This document shows, one piece after another, positions 13,430 to 26,431 of a stretch of 64,000 bases of DNA. Made by a program: the position numbers and the translations under genes. The notes under the pieces are model-generated. The model was not told the DNA's origin. It did no database searches and saw only the letters and a list, made by a program, of their open reading frames with translations. The stretch spans positions 1,178,001 to 1,242,000 of the forward strand of contig NW_025765892.1 of the NCBI RefSeq assembly GCF_003918875.1, in the 5' to 3' direction. Position 1 is the stretch's first letter, and the number at the start of each line of letters is the position of its first letter. The DNA comes from Haliotis rubra. Lineage: Eukaryota.

Positions 13430-14365
13430 CATTAAATGATCGCAAATTTCGCAGAAAGAAAAGCCTCTGTTGTGCTTTCCTATATATGTACACGATGTGA
13501 ATTTGATTTCCATGAAAGTTTATTATCAATGATAGTACCCAGATATTTATACTCTTCTACTGTTTCTACTTCCTGTCCATCAATACAAACAGATTCCAAT
13601 TTGTCCTTTTTGCTTCGGAGGTCAATTATCATTTCCTTTGTTTGTTTATGTTCAGGGAAAGGAAATTGTCTTTGCACCATGAAGTAAACGCATCAATATT
13701 TTTCCTATACTCCAACTCCTATTGACGAATAAACCCAACCAAAGCGGCATCATCAGCAAATCTGAAATTCAAACAGGTGGATAAGACTTAGTGAGATATA
13801 CAGTCATTTGTATAGAGTGTCAAGAGGACAGGGGACAGGACACAGCCTTGAGGAGCACCGGTACTCACAAGATTAACGTCAGAAAGCGTTGAACTGAACC
13901 GAACACGTTGAGGTCGGTTAATTAAGAAGGCCTCTACCCACTTGATGATGTTACTGTTAACTTTCATGTTAAATAATTTCCTTATCATCAAATGTGGCTG
14001 GATTGTGTTGAAAGCAGAGGAGAAGTCCACAAAGAGGATTCTTACATAAGATGTTGAAGACGATTTCGAGTTGAGTATAGATCTTATGCAACAGTGAAAT
14101 GAGTGCATCTTCTACCCCGCGCCTGGCCCTGTACGCAAATTGTAAAGGATCCATTAGATGTCCAGTATTTTACTTAATTAAGTTCAAGATAATTCGCTCA
14201 AAGCATTTCATGAATATTGGATCAAGAGCCACTGGGAGGTAGTCATTACTTATTGAAGATTTTGACTTTTTGGGAACGGGGATTATATGCGAGGTTTTCC
14301 AAATTGTTGGTATATAATGGGCGTCGATGGACATCTGAAATATCATTTTGTATATCCCGCACAAT
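13430..14365 (-). pseudogene. non-LTR retrotransposon RT fragment (Rex-Babar/L2-like), frameshifted, copy 1
   Basis: WKTSHIIPVPK, DPLQFAYR, ILFVDFSSAFNTI, GAPQGCVLSP, YKYLG spread over several frames. Confidence 0.9.
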
Positions 14366-14467
14366 GGTATACAATTATTATAAAACCAAACAAACAATCT
14401 GAACAAATGTACAGTTTAAAAGATACATGTATGTTTTGATCATACCCAAAATTTCAAAAAGATTATA

Positions 14468-14714
14468 GTGAGTGAGTGAGTGAGTTTAGTTTTATGTCGC
14501 AATCAACAATATTCCAGCTATATGGCAGCGGTCTGTAAATAATCGAGCCTGGACCAGACAATCCAGTGATCAACAGAATGAACATCGATAGGCGCAATTG
14601 GGAACCGATGAAATGTGTCAACCAAGCCATCGAGTCTGACCACCCGATCCCGTTAGTCCCCTCTTACGACAAGCATGGGTTCATTCTACCTTCTAACCCG
14701 GACCTTCACGGGTC
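14468..14714 (-). mobile_element. SINE with (CACT)n tail, copy 1
   Basis: gtgagtgagt...caatattccagctatatggc...ccttcacgggtc; imperfect aaaaNattayagt TSD. Confidence 0.85.
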
Positions 14715-15215
14715 AAAACATTACAGTATACGGTTTTTGAGATATAAGCACTGAAAACAAGTGGTATGTTTGTCCTGGTGAACGCGACCACTGTTTTAGC
14801 GTTGTGAACGATTTACGTCATCGGCAGTGAACACATTACGTCAAAAATATGTAGGTGTTTTCTAAAGGATTTGCTTTTTCACGTTTCAGATAAACCTTTT
14901 AATGCAACCATACGCATGTGACTATTGTGGGCATGCTTCTCAAAGTTTTTGTGATGTCATTACGCATATGAAAGACGAACATTCATCCGAAAGATTAATT
15001 ATCAGAAAACCGAAGCTTTGTGGAGGTGACTGGGTCACTAAAGTATGAGGAGGAAACATTACAAACACGTCCCACCTGAGATTCATAAGGAAATAACTGA
15101 CATCCCAAAGACATTGAAAATTAGAAGATAAGGATTATAGTGAGCGTGAGCCTCCAAGAAAGAAAGAAAATGTTTCCTCGGAATCTGATGAATATGATGC
15201 GACCAACATCCATAT

Positions 15216-16025
15216 TTCTACTGTTTCTACTTCCTGTCCATCAATACAAACAGATTCCAATTTGTCCTTTTGCTTCGGAGGTCAATTATCATTTCCTTTG
15301 TTTGTTTATGTTCAGGGAAAGGAAATTGTCTTTGCACCATGAAGTAAACGCATCAATATTTTTCCTATACTCCAACTCCTATTGACGAATAAACCCAACC
15401 AAAGCGGCATCATCAGCAAATCTGAAATTCAAACAGGTGGATAAGACTTAGTGAGATATACAATCATTTGTATAGAGTGTCAAGAGGACAGGGGACAGGA
15501 CACAGCCTTGAGGAGCACCGGTACTCACAAGATTAACGTCAGAAAGCGTTGAACTGAACCGAACACGTTGAGGTCGGTTAATTAAGAAGGCCTCTACCCA
15601 CTTGATGATGTTACTGTTTACTTTCATGTTAAATAATTTCCTTATCATCAAATGTGGCTGGATTGTGTTGAAAGCAGAGGAGAAGTCCACAAAGAGGATT
15701 CTTACATAAGATTTTGAAGATGATTTCGAGTTGAGTATAGATCCTATGCAACAGTGAAATGAGTGCATCTTCTACCCCGCGCCTGGCCCTGTACGCAAAT
15801 TGTAAAGGATCCATTAGATGTCCAGTATTTTACTTAATTAAGTTCAAGATAATTCGCTCAAAGCATTTCATGAATATTGGATCAAGAGCCACTGGGAGGT
15901 AGTCATTACTTATTGAAGATTTTGACTTTTTGGGAACGGGGATTATATGCGAGGTTTTCCAAATTGTTGGTATATAATGGGCGTCGATGGACATCTGAAA
16001 TATCATTTTGTATATCCCGCACAAT
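15216..16025 (-). pseudogene. non-LTR retrotransposon RT fragment, copy 2 (lacks the YKYLG end)
   Basis: near-identical to copy 1 at +1660 offset. Confidence 0.9.
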
Positions 16026-16127
16026 GGTATACAATTATTATAAAACCAAACAAACAATCTGAACAAATGTACAGTTTAAAAGATACATGTATGTTTTGAT
16101 CATACCCAAAATTTCAAAAAGATTATA

Positions 16128-16374
16128 GTGAGTGAGTGAGTGAGTTTAGTTTTATGTCGCAATCAACAATATTCCAGCTATATGGCAGCGGTCTGTAAAT
16201 AATCGAGCCTGGACCAGACAATCCAGTGATCAACAGAATGAACATCGATCTGCGCAATTGGGAACCGATGAAATGTGTCCACCAAGCCAGCGAGTCTGAC
16301 CACCCGATCCCGTTAGTCCCCTCTTAGAACAAGCATGGGTTCATTCTACCTTCTAACCCGGACCTTCACGGGTC
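16128..16374 (-). mobile_element. SINE with (CACT)n tail, copy 2
   Basis: duplicate of 14468-14714. Confidence 0.85.
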
Positions 16375-16561
16375 AAAACATTATAGTATACGGTTTTTGA
16401 GATATAAGCACTGAAAACAAGTGGTATGTTTGTCCTGGTGAACGCGACCACTGTTTTAGCGTTGTGAACGATTTACGTCATCGGCAGTGAACGCATTACG
16501 TCAAAAATATGTAGGTGTTTTCTAAAGGATTTGCTTTTTCACGTTTCAGATAAACCTTTTA

Positions 16562-17300
16562 ATGCAACCATACGCATGTGACTATTGTGGGCATGCTTCT
16601 CAAAGTTTTTGTGATGTCATTACGCATATGAAAGACGAACATTCATCCGAAAGATTAATTATCAGAAAACCGAAGCTTTGTGAGGTGACTGGGTCACTAA
16701 AGTATGAGAGGAAACATTACAAACACGTCCCACCTGAGATTCATAAGGAAATAACTGACATCCCAAAGACATTGAAAATTAGAAGATAAGGATTATAGTG
16801 AGCGTGAGCCTCCAAGAAAGAAAGAAAATGTTTCCTCGGAATCTGATGAATATGATGCGACCAACATCCATATTTCTCAAATAGGTACAATGTTGCCAGA
16901 GGTTTTGAGAGAATTGAATAAACATGGTTTGTCAGAACTTTATGTCAGGTGTAACGAACTGGTGCACTGAATCAGTTTCCATTGAAAAAATACATTGTAT
17001 TGTCTTCTTTCTTTTCATGGATGTTGTAAGTTTCCTTAGTACAGATGACATTCGCCAAATGTGATATAGTGAGCATATCAACATGTTCTGGTTGACAGGG
17101 TATAAGCTATTTCATGGCAAATATATCCGTTTCATGGGTGGAACAAAAAGTAAAAACTCTGACAGGACGGAAATAAGCGATATGTCACTTACACCCCAAA
17201 ATTCTGCCTTAATTTCGTGGTTCCTGACATAAAAACTTTAGAGATTGCCAGTAATAGTATACTTTCAAGTGAGATTTCACCTGGAATTCTGTCAGATGCA
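16562..17300 (+). pseudogene. decayed ORF with N-terminal C2H2 zinc finger, probably transposon-derived
   Basis: YACDYCG...HMKDEH, then broken coding-like frames (LPEVLRELNKHGLSELYV; FWLTGYKLFHGKYIRFMGG) with stops and frameshifts. Confidence 0.45.
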
Positions 17301-18355
17301 CTTTATTTCCTTCACAGACGGGACAGCACACTGTTGCTGGTGTTCTCTCCAACCTTGTTAATAAGTAAAGCGACGTTTGATTCAACGTAAGTAAGGCTTC
17401 ACTTAAAGGTACTTGTTCACATGGCCTACATAAGTGACAACAAGTGACCTACAAAGCCAAATAAAAGATCACACTGGAAGGCTTCCACTAAAGCGGCCGT
17501 CACACGGCAAACTAAAGTTTGACAACACATGACAACACGTTGTCAAACTCGCGTTTGAGAGTGTGAACATTCCAACAACTCGCCATCAGCACCAATTTCA
17601 GATTTGCCAAACTGTTGTCGAGAAATAGGATCGGTCTCTATTCTCACCTGAATATATATTCATCTGATAAGGATGAGTTTTAACGTGTTTTGTTAATTGT
17701 ATCTGAGCATACTGAAAGACATATCCAACTTCTGGAAATGCCACTGAAAGAAATTTTTCCTTATTGTTAAAATCAGGGGGAGATAGGGGCTGAAGTCTTA
17801 CCCTGATGGACATGTTTGTTTACAAACAGGAGAAAATACGCTCACATGATATGCCCTTGATTAGCTCATGGAAAACATTGTAATACCTAGTCAATAACTT
17901 GGTCATTAGCATATGTGATTGAAGTATTAGATTAACCACAAGGAAATCTGCGATGGAGATTGAAGCCAAATATGTCCATCAAATACGCATGATTGACCTA
18001 TCAGGCATCTAACCAATTGGGCTGGTCATGCCGAATGACTTTGTACATTGCATGTGATTGTGTCCGAATTGTGGTAATAATAGCAATCACTAGGTTGTCA
18101 GGTCCAGATCTGATTATTTACAGACAACTTCATAACGGCAATGTTACTGGGGGTGGCTGTAAACAAAGTAAAACAACAGCACAAACAGAAAGAGATAGAA
18201 GTGGAATGGTTCCCATGCAGTCACTTGGTGGAACTAGGATCTCTAGCTATGGTCTCTTCAAGCTTTGAGGACACCAACAAGCAGTATCTTCAGTGTCATA
18301 GCTCTATGACAAATAGCACAACAGACCCAATAAATACTAGACAATCAAAATATAC

Positions 18356-21300
18356 TTTATTACTGATAAACTTGTTATGATACACATCAGTAATTAATGC
18401 AGGTAGGTAGAAGCCAGTGATCCATGTGTGACTAGATGTGTTTAGTGTGGCTCCAGGTCACGCCTCTGTATAAGGCAGCAGACCTGGAGACCCACAGGTA
18501 AGGTGGGTCAATTCTCCTGATGAAAATATCAAAATCTCTTTCAACAATTTTAAAATTAACAATGAAAATGAGTTCTACCATTGTGAATTCATTTCTATGT
18601 CAAGGTGCAGTTTGAAGGCTTCTGTATAAAAAAAAAACAATATCAAATTCAGAAATTATTTCTGCTCCAAGATGATGTCATAATTTGCCTTTCCTTTGAT
18701 TAATATGGACATAGACCAGACCCCCCTGAAACCCCCAAGTAAACAAACCCCTTCCTGTGAGACAGATGTATTGATTAGCAGTATAACAGTATACATGTCT
18801 CTGTTAATAACCTTCTGAGCATGTTTACAAACACACACTGTTAATTGACCACTCACTGGGATGGTGGCATTGTATACAGAAATGACACTGATGTATACAG
18901 AAATGACACTGATGTATACAGAAGTGGTATACAGAAGTAAAGGCAATTGTGACTGATATATTGGATCTCCTGTACAAAGTTGAAAATCATGCATTCTCTC
19001 ACACATCCAGTGTACATTGTTTGATGCACGGCTACATTTGTACATTAAATACACACAGTTAAATACAGGTATGTACACTATAGATACAGACATCACACAG
19101 GGAAGGTATTGATGGCTAACCTCTGCTACCTGAAGATGTAGTATATGAAGACAATGTATACTCTTTCAGAAACAACTGATATATAAAACTTTCATTCCTA
19201 AGATTTCTCTCCTATATGTGAAGTCCTTCTTATAATGGAACTTCTGTATGTGGACCTGTTAACCTTTGAAATACATCACACATATTTTCTACCTCAGCCA
19301 AGCTTTGCTTGTATGTGTCTGTTCATCTTTCTCAGTTAAAGCTTCACTCTTCATAGAAAACACACTACATGTATATCTACAGGCAACACTGGTAAGTGTG
19401 TCTGAGTACTTATATGCAACTGGTAGCAATACTGCAGCTGTATCTAGATTGTGACAGCAATAATGTAACACACTGAAACTATTTCATGACAGGTGAACAC
19501 TTTAAACCACCAGTAATACTGTCTTCTCTAAGTGAAAGCTCTAACCCCAAGGTACCTTGCCTTTTTCAGGAATAGTGAAAGCTCTAACCCCAAGGTACCT
19601 TGCCTTTTTCAGGAATAGTGAATGCTCTAACCCTAAGGTATCTTGCCTTCTCAAAGGCTGGCTGTCCCCTCTATACGCCAGAGGCATCAATGTACCCCTA
19701 AATAATCACATGATATTTAACAGCTGCAACCTTACTGTGATTCTTATTACGCAATGCAGTTTAGTGTTTCTGGAATTATTTTTAGCCAGACAACTTTTCC
19801 AGAAGATCCTACAGTGAGTTCATGAAAAGAAAAAGAAGTGTGAACAATAAAAGACTGTGTCCATTTAAATGACAACTTCCTCTTACTTCTCTATAGACCA
19901 CTGTCTAAGAAAATGTCAAATGAAATATGTATAAAATATGGTCTGGCTCTTTGTCACCAATTTCTTCAATCAGTGCTTAAGTATACCTGTGATGATTTAA
20001 AAAGAAATACCAAGTAAGTATTTAGAGAAGTTTCAGGCATTGTAAAGTTGGATATGTAACAACATGGGAACAAAATATGATATTGCGGAAAATATGTTTA
20101 CAGAATTTATAATGGCATTCAAAAACAATGTCCTTAAATAAAACTAAAATCTACAAAATTCAATATCTACAATAATTTTTTGATAGAAACAAAAATGAAA
20201 ATTTATGAAATTTCTGACAAAAAATCATCATATCAGTGTCACAACAGGAGAATGAGCCTCATTTACAGTGATATAAAAATACCATATGTTACACTCTGCA
20301 GATATATACAGGAAGTCTGTCTCACAACTACAACAGTAAACAACAGACACAGTGCACTCTAAAACACAAATTACAAACTTCAGCTAATAGAATTTGATAA
20401 TAAATAGTATATTTTTTTTAATGGAATATGCTAAATCTCATTTGTTTTAAAAACCTTTTCTAGGTTCTTCAACCAATGCACATAACTACCAATAATGTGC
20501 AACATGCTCCCTACTTTTTTTAAAGCTTTTCATCTCAACACAACATCTGACAATATAAATTAAATTCCACATTCATACAAGCATGTGTTCACACAGTTTC
20601 AGGTGAAATCTACAAAGAATAAATGTCTATAGCACCATTATTGATGAGCTGTGTCCGACCGGCCAATCAAACATGAAATATGTGTCATTACGGATCACTA
20701 TGTTTCAATGAATCAGTTTCACAATGGCACATTTATGACTTGAACAAAATCCCATGTTAAACTCATTCTTGTCAACAGATTTTCTTCAAGATGTGATATA
20801 AACAAATGAATACTACTATACTACCTTTAATATTGGTAAAACACAACAATCATATGACCACCAACTGTCTTGTGTCAGCTTGGAAGAATGTCAATATCAC
20901 TTCTTGACTTAGTTGCACAAGATAGCGTTCTACTGCACCTCATGACAGAGTTGCTTCCCTTTGACCAAGTCTCGCACCAGTCAGCCCTTGATTGGTATGT
21001 GCATAGTATACAACTCTGCAACACTCAACACTCACTAGCATTGCAGTCAATAACAAAGCTATTAATCTGAGATGCAAATTCAAATATTGCACATAAACAT
21101 AACTGTTGTAAATTCAATTTAAAATAAACATTAACAGGTCTCTAGATCCCATATATAGCTTTGAATTTCATTTCACATTGCTAGTTTAGCAGTTGTAAAG
21201 TACACAAGCATTCAGTGAGCCACGGATCTGTGGCATTATGCATAGATGGTGAATCAAGGATTCAATTTGTATCGCTCAATATCCTTGAACTTTGACCAGT

Positions 21301-21802
21301 ATCATGTTGATCGTCCACTAGTTGACCAGCCTGTGCCTCATCCGCACATAGTTCTCAAGTCTACATGAACGAAACATTCAGAGAAATACTTACAAAACTT
21401 CGCATTAATATACATAAGTGTTTTTCAAAGTTTGTATTTAGAAGATCCATGATATTTATAAGAACCTTTATTTATATTGTGTAGACATCTTCAAATGCTG
21501 GGTTCAGAAAGAAATATGAGTCAGACTGGTAAATGTATGAACAAGTTTCAGTCCAACACTTCCTTACACATGTCTGCATGAAATGAAAGAATTTGTCTAT
21601 CAACACATCATTAATGGCAATTCTTCACGTAAGCAAGTTTGTGGCAGAAGTTAATAATCCTTCATTTTGGCTTCAACAATATCTCTACTGAAACTGGTAT
21701 TGTTCTAGCCTTTCTGATTTCTACAGATCTTGTCCGTAATACATGGTGAAGTAAAGCAGGATATAGTTGTTTCTGTGCATCCTGTAGGATCGATGCTGGC
21801 AG
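18356..21802 (-). other. probable long 3' UTR of the nephrin-like gene; candidate AATAAA at 18356-18361
   Basis: AT-rich, repeat-poor, ORF-poor stretch after the stop codon; the end point is a guess. Confidence 0.35.
19530..19650. repeat. 43-bp tandem repeat, ~2.7 copies
   Basis: agtgaaagctctaaccccaaggtaccttgcctttttcaggaat repeated. Confidence 0.85.
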
Positions 21803-21924
21803 CTACACTAGATGTCCCCGCATCTCACTACCATTCTGCATCGCACGTGGGGAGGGGGACCTCATGGGAGGACCATCATAGTTGAGGTTGGACACAATGT
21901 TTGGAGATAGCACATCAACATTGC
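21803..21924 (-). CDS. nphs1: nephrin-like terminal coding exon (GNVDVLSPNIVSNLNYDGPPMRSPSPRAMQNGSEMRGHLV*)
   Basis: tttcatcttttcacag| acceptor; ends CGG GGA CAT CTA GTG TAG. Confidence 0.88.
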
Positions 21925-23341
21925 CTGTGAAAAGATGAAAAATTAATTGTTTTCAGCAGTTCATTGAAAATTGAGTCCGCCAAGTCTGTAGGCAGAAACA
22001 AGTGCTCCAGAATAAAACACGCACACATTCAGGATATACACGTTTCAACATGCTTTTGATAATTCACTATAAACTGATGCATTACAATACATTTTCAAAT
22101 AGAGACACAATTCTGAACAACCATAAATCTTTTACTCTCTGTGATCTATAATGCATGAGAAGATGAATGATTATTGGCCGCAATCTGTCTCCAGAGGCTA
22201 ACCACGGAGATCATCAATTCATATACACCAGCTAGTTGTGCATATACACAGAGAAGGGAATCTCGCCACAAGTCAACATATAGTTTGCTCTACACAGAAA
22301 CATATATACGTTACATCAGTGATGTTGAAGTTACAGAGGGGAGTGCAGGCTAATCATACCTAACAACTATTTCATTAGTTGTGTCAGCTCTCTGCTACAA
22401 AACACAAACACCAAGTGCAGCTCTAGCTAGGTTACTTTCACTACCATTATGAATTAACCAGACATGACATACACTGAGACCAAATGTTTGGATATATATA
22501 TTTTTTCCAATACATATTCATTTACATATGATATCTCAATTACGGAATTAGAAGTTACATAGTTCTCCACTTCTATGTACATGCTCATGTCTGATCAAGA
22601 AGGAATGGAAGTATCAGAGAAGTTGTTGGAAGGTCAAGGTCAAGTAGTATTGACCTCCCTGACCTTGCAACTGATTAGTAAGTCATTGAGAAATTTCAGA
22701 ACTGTGGAAGTTTTATACTATTTCACCAATGTTATGGAATGATCTGAATTGACCTCTCAACCTGACCTCTACTCACATCATGCAATCAAATATGACTCTC
22801 TGCCTCTTGGTAGTCTGAATCAACAATTAAAGTGAAACATGCATTGTAAATCACACGTCATGCAGGGTGGCAAAACAGTTCAGGCAATCTGAAGCAGCTT
22901 GGTGGAAGCAACATACTTATTGTAATACCGATACCATTACAGAATGTATCATTCAGATCAACACGAGTTGGATCTCCTGTATGTCCAACTAACATACATT
23001 ATGAATCATCATGCATACCTCTCCTACTAAATACTGTAGCTCTATAATAATAATACTTCACGCCAAAAATCCCACAAAAAAATATTGATTATGTTTGATT
23101 CTCTCTCTCAAACTCAAACCATGCCACAATTTCATTGATTTCCCTCAACTGCATTTCTATAAATGAGAAACATTTAACTGAAATGATATCTAAAATGTTG
23201 TTAAGGAATCAAACAGCCATAAATATTCTGATACTTCAAACCTATCTGAATTCTGATAATGTTTTCAATCATACTGGCTGCGAATTATCCTGAGCAACAC
23301 ATTACGAAGATGCTGTAGACTTGCTCATCGTGTGTTCTTAC

Positions 23342-23517
23342 CCGGGGGGTGAGGTGTAGCGCGGTGGCAAGTCCTGGGGGCCATAGTTCCTGGCTGGCAG
23401 GGGAGGTAACTGATCAGCGGCTCCTCGGCTTGAGGTTCGGACGGGAGGGGGTGGAGGTGTTTTACCCGTTCTGCTGGGTGGACGGCTTGGTGGGCGATCA
23501 CAATAATCTGTTATACT
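23342..23517 (-). CDS. nphs1: nephrin-like exon, proline-rich cytoplasmic 4 (SITDYCDRPPSRPPSRTGKTPPPPPVRTSS...LPPLPARNY...YTSPPG)
   Basis: ttggtag| (or ataacag| at 23507) ... |gtaaga; GC-rich open frame; G6 run 23344-23349 leaves it one base out of phase with the last exon. Confidence 0.82.
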
Positions 23518-23989
23518 CTACCAACAAAGTACACCCTGCATTACAAGTCTGTTCACATGTTGTGAATGGCAGAAATATAAGCTCATTAATAATAATTTCA
23601 TGGATTCATAGTATTACAGAAACAACTTTCTATTTACAGGGATGAGAATGTGTATGAGTGAAAAGAGGAAAATGAGCCGGGGGTGTTGGGGGCCGTAGGT
23701 CCCCATGCCAGATCCTATGACCCCTGTGCGCTCAAATCCGCAGAAAAATTCTCATCCCTGTATTTACGCTTTCTAACAAAGAGTTTTCAAATTTTGGGGG
23801 CCATCAAATTCCTGACCTTTTCTGCTATAAATTTAACAATCCTCTTTTGATATACACATTTGGTTTCTACAAGGACCTGTGATGTGTATTGTTAATTTCA
23901 ACTCTTTCAACGATTGTATCTTACACCAAAACAATATTTGTATATTCTTGTTATTGTTTAAAGCATACAATACAATCCACAACTCTCAC

Positions 23990-24084
23990 TTTGGGTCTAG
24001 TGTCTTGTCTACTGCTCCGGCCAGATTTGTCTGGGCTATTTTCAAATGTTCCTTTCTTCCTGGGCAGAGCAACACGATAGGGAT
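23990..24084 (-). CDS. nphs1: nephrin-like exon, cytoplasmic 3 (DPYRVALPRKKGTFENSPDKSGRSSRQDTRPK), possibly alternative
   Basis: strong ttttttcccaacag| acceptor, |gtgaga donor, 95 nt, phase 1-0. Confidence 0.7.
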
Positions 24085-24287
24085 CTGTTGGGAAAAAAAC
24101 TCTTCGTGTATTCATTACACACCCAGTCATCCATCTCAACAGCATCTTGTCATACAGACTCCATACTGACATCGGCTATCTGTTAGGTTATATCTATTAA
24201 TAATGACTCAATACTAATTAAACAGTTCTGTGAGACAGCAGTCAGTGATACTGATAACTGCAACACTCCCACACACAAACACTTAAA

Positions 24288-25180
24288 CAGAGATGCCAAC
24301 CCTAATTTAGCCCAATTAGTATTTTGACCAAAAACTGGTGCAAAAATTTGTATTTTTTGGCCAAAATTAGTATTAACTTTTCACCATTATTTTTAACAAG
24401 AAAGTTTGTGAAAAATGCTTGCGTAACACCATTGTCATTTTCACTCAGTTTAGGTACAATGCATGAGAAAAATAAGAGGTAACTGGTTTCATATTCCCTT
24501 GTAATTCAAAGTTAATATTATGTTTCTTTGAAATCACATGCTGTTTACAGTCATCAGTGCCCTGTGGTGCGATGGAAAAATCACATTTGCACATGCTACA
24601 AAATGCACAGGTTTCACTAACTGAAGATTTTTCAATCAGTGAAAACGTTGTACTGTAGCTTGGAAGGAATTTCAGTGATCTTTGTCGATCAACTATAAGT
24701 TTTTAAGGGTTCGATGCTTCCATAGTGATTTTCAATTTAAAACTGAAGACAGTGACAGATAAAGATTGTCTGCCTGATGATTCGCTATTTTACGCTTCGC
24801 TCAAGCGACAATGACAACTTCCTTTGACAAGTTTCTGCAAAGGGACATAACTATAACATCCCACTGGCTTTGTTTACCTCCGTTTTAGGGAGGAGTTTAG
24901 TTTTACGTCGAACTCAGCAATATTCCAGCTATATGGCGGTTACCTCCGGTTTGCATGTAATTAATTGATTTTTAAAAACGACTTCTGAGCTTTGAAATTG
25001 GACTTTATGTTTGACACTGAATAAAATGTGGTTGAAATTTATTGTGTAAATTATGTATGCTGTTTGATTTTAATGTATTTAAAAATTGTTTTTAGCATAT
25101 TTCTACTGCTATCTTTGTCATGTATTTTGTGTTGTTTTTTCGTAACGAATACGATAAAATGGTATGGGTTGGCATTTCTG
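24288..25180. mobile_element. hAT-type MITE with a nested 5'-truncated SINE (~24890-24938)
   Basis: TIR cagagatgccaaccc / gggttggcatttctg; 8-bp TSD cacttaaa/cactaaaa; inner SINE flanked by ttacctccg. Confidence 0.8.
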
Positions 25181-25842
25181 CACTAAAACAATCTGTGACA
25201 CTACATTCCGTGTACTGTCCCTGAGTGAGACACCGTATAAATCATAAAGAGATATTCCACTGTGGTCAGGTCCTGTGTGAGACAATGTCTCTCCGCTATC
25301 AGTATAATCAGCTGGATTCACATCCGTCATAGCCTCTGACCCAACAAAGTCATGCTCACACTATCTTCTTCCCCTTTAGACGGAAAAAACAAATATGTAT
25401 TCACATTTCTACTTTATCAGCACTGCAGTTGCAGCACACTGCACTGAGTGCACCATTCGGCATTGTTCTTTGTTCTGCAGGGGGAAGAACTCAGTATTCA
25501 CGATGAGAATCAAAGGAACCATCTCTCTGAGTTTGGTTTCACGTTGGGTGCCTGGGGTTCTTGGTGGCAGTTCTTATTATGATATCAAACACAAATATAA
25601 TGGATGTGACACCGTGGCAACAGCAATCAAGGTTCTACTTCTACCAGAGCATGTCAATGATTAAGTGAGGATCTTGCAACTGTCAGATAAAACAATATCA
25701 TCATCTGTCTTAGACATCTGCCATGCTCAGAAAAGGAAGATGGAGGGTGTCTAGAGGCACAGCTAGGTGAGGGTGCAACAAGGACTGTGCAAGGAAATGC
25801 TCAGGGGAGTGATGAAAGGAAGTTGCTGAGCTTCAATTTTAC

Positions 25843-25987
25843 CTTCTGTCCAAGGCGATTGCCTCCCTTGATCGTCCAGGATATATGTCTGTTTATGTCC
25901 CATTCGTGGGGAATCCAATTTATTTGGAGTGTATGGCCGACTTCCATAGTCTGACTGGGGCAGAAAAACTCGCTTGCAGTCATCATT
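25843..25987 (-). CDS. nphs1: nephrin-like exon, cytoplasmic 2 (NDDCKRVFLPQSDYGSRPYTP...SPWTE)
   Basis: attacag| ... |gtaaaa, 145 nt, phase 0-1. Confidence 0.78.
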
Positions 25988-26431
25988 CTGTAATATTGAA
26001 ATATTGAAACACTCATACAAGTCTGTATACTGATATCGACAACACCGATACCTGAAGCCTTTATGTACTAGAGATCTGTTGCACTGCAACAACTACCGGT
26101 ATAGCTTGTCATAGATGTTGGAATGATGTAGTGCTCTCAGGTTTCATTGTTGTGTTTTCTTATATGATGGTGCGAGTATTACTTCAACCAAACTGAAGAA
26201 AAACTGAACCCGACCAGACAAGCTAGTGATAGACACTATGAGCACCATCCTGCATTACTAGGACACAAAACCAACAAAGTTACATAATCATTGATATATG
26301 CCATTTAGCAGCTCACATGAAGAATTCATTATTACATTCTTTTCACATGAGAAAAGTACACACTGCCATAACCTATCAGACACACATTTGATGAATGCCA
26401 AAATACTGCTTCTTCAGCATATAAGCTTCAC

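Larger units (their letters stand above)
13555..16877. repeat. 1.66-kb direct tandem duplication (13555-15219 / 15216-16877)
   Basis: near-identical copies; TTCT microhomology at the junction. Confidence 0.95.

Noticed and set aside
13788-16066. Active retrotransposon or RT-based defence system
   Set aside because: RT is split over several frames, the YADD region is disrupted and no endonuclease domain is present.
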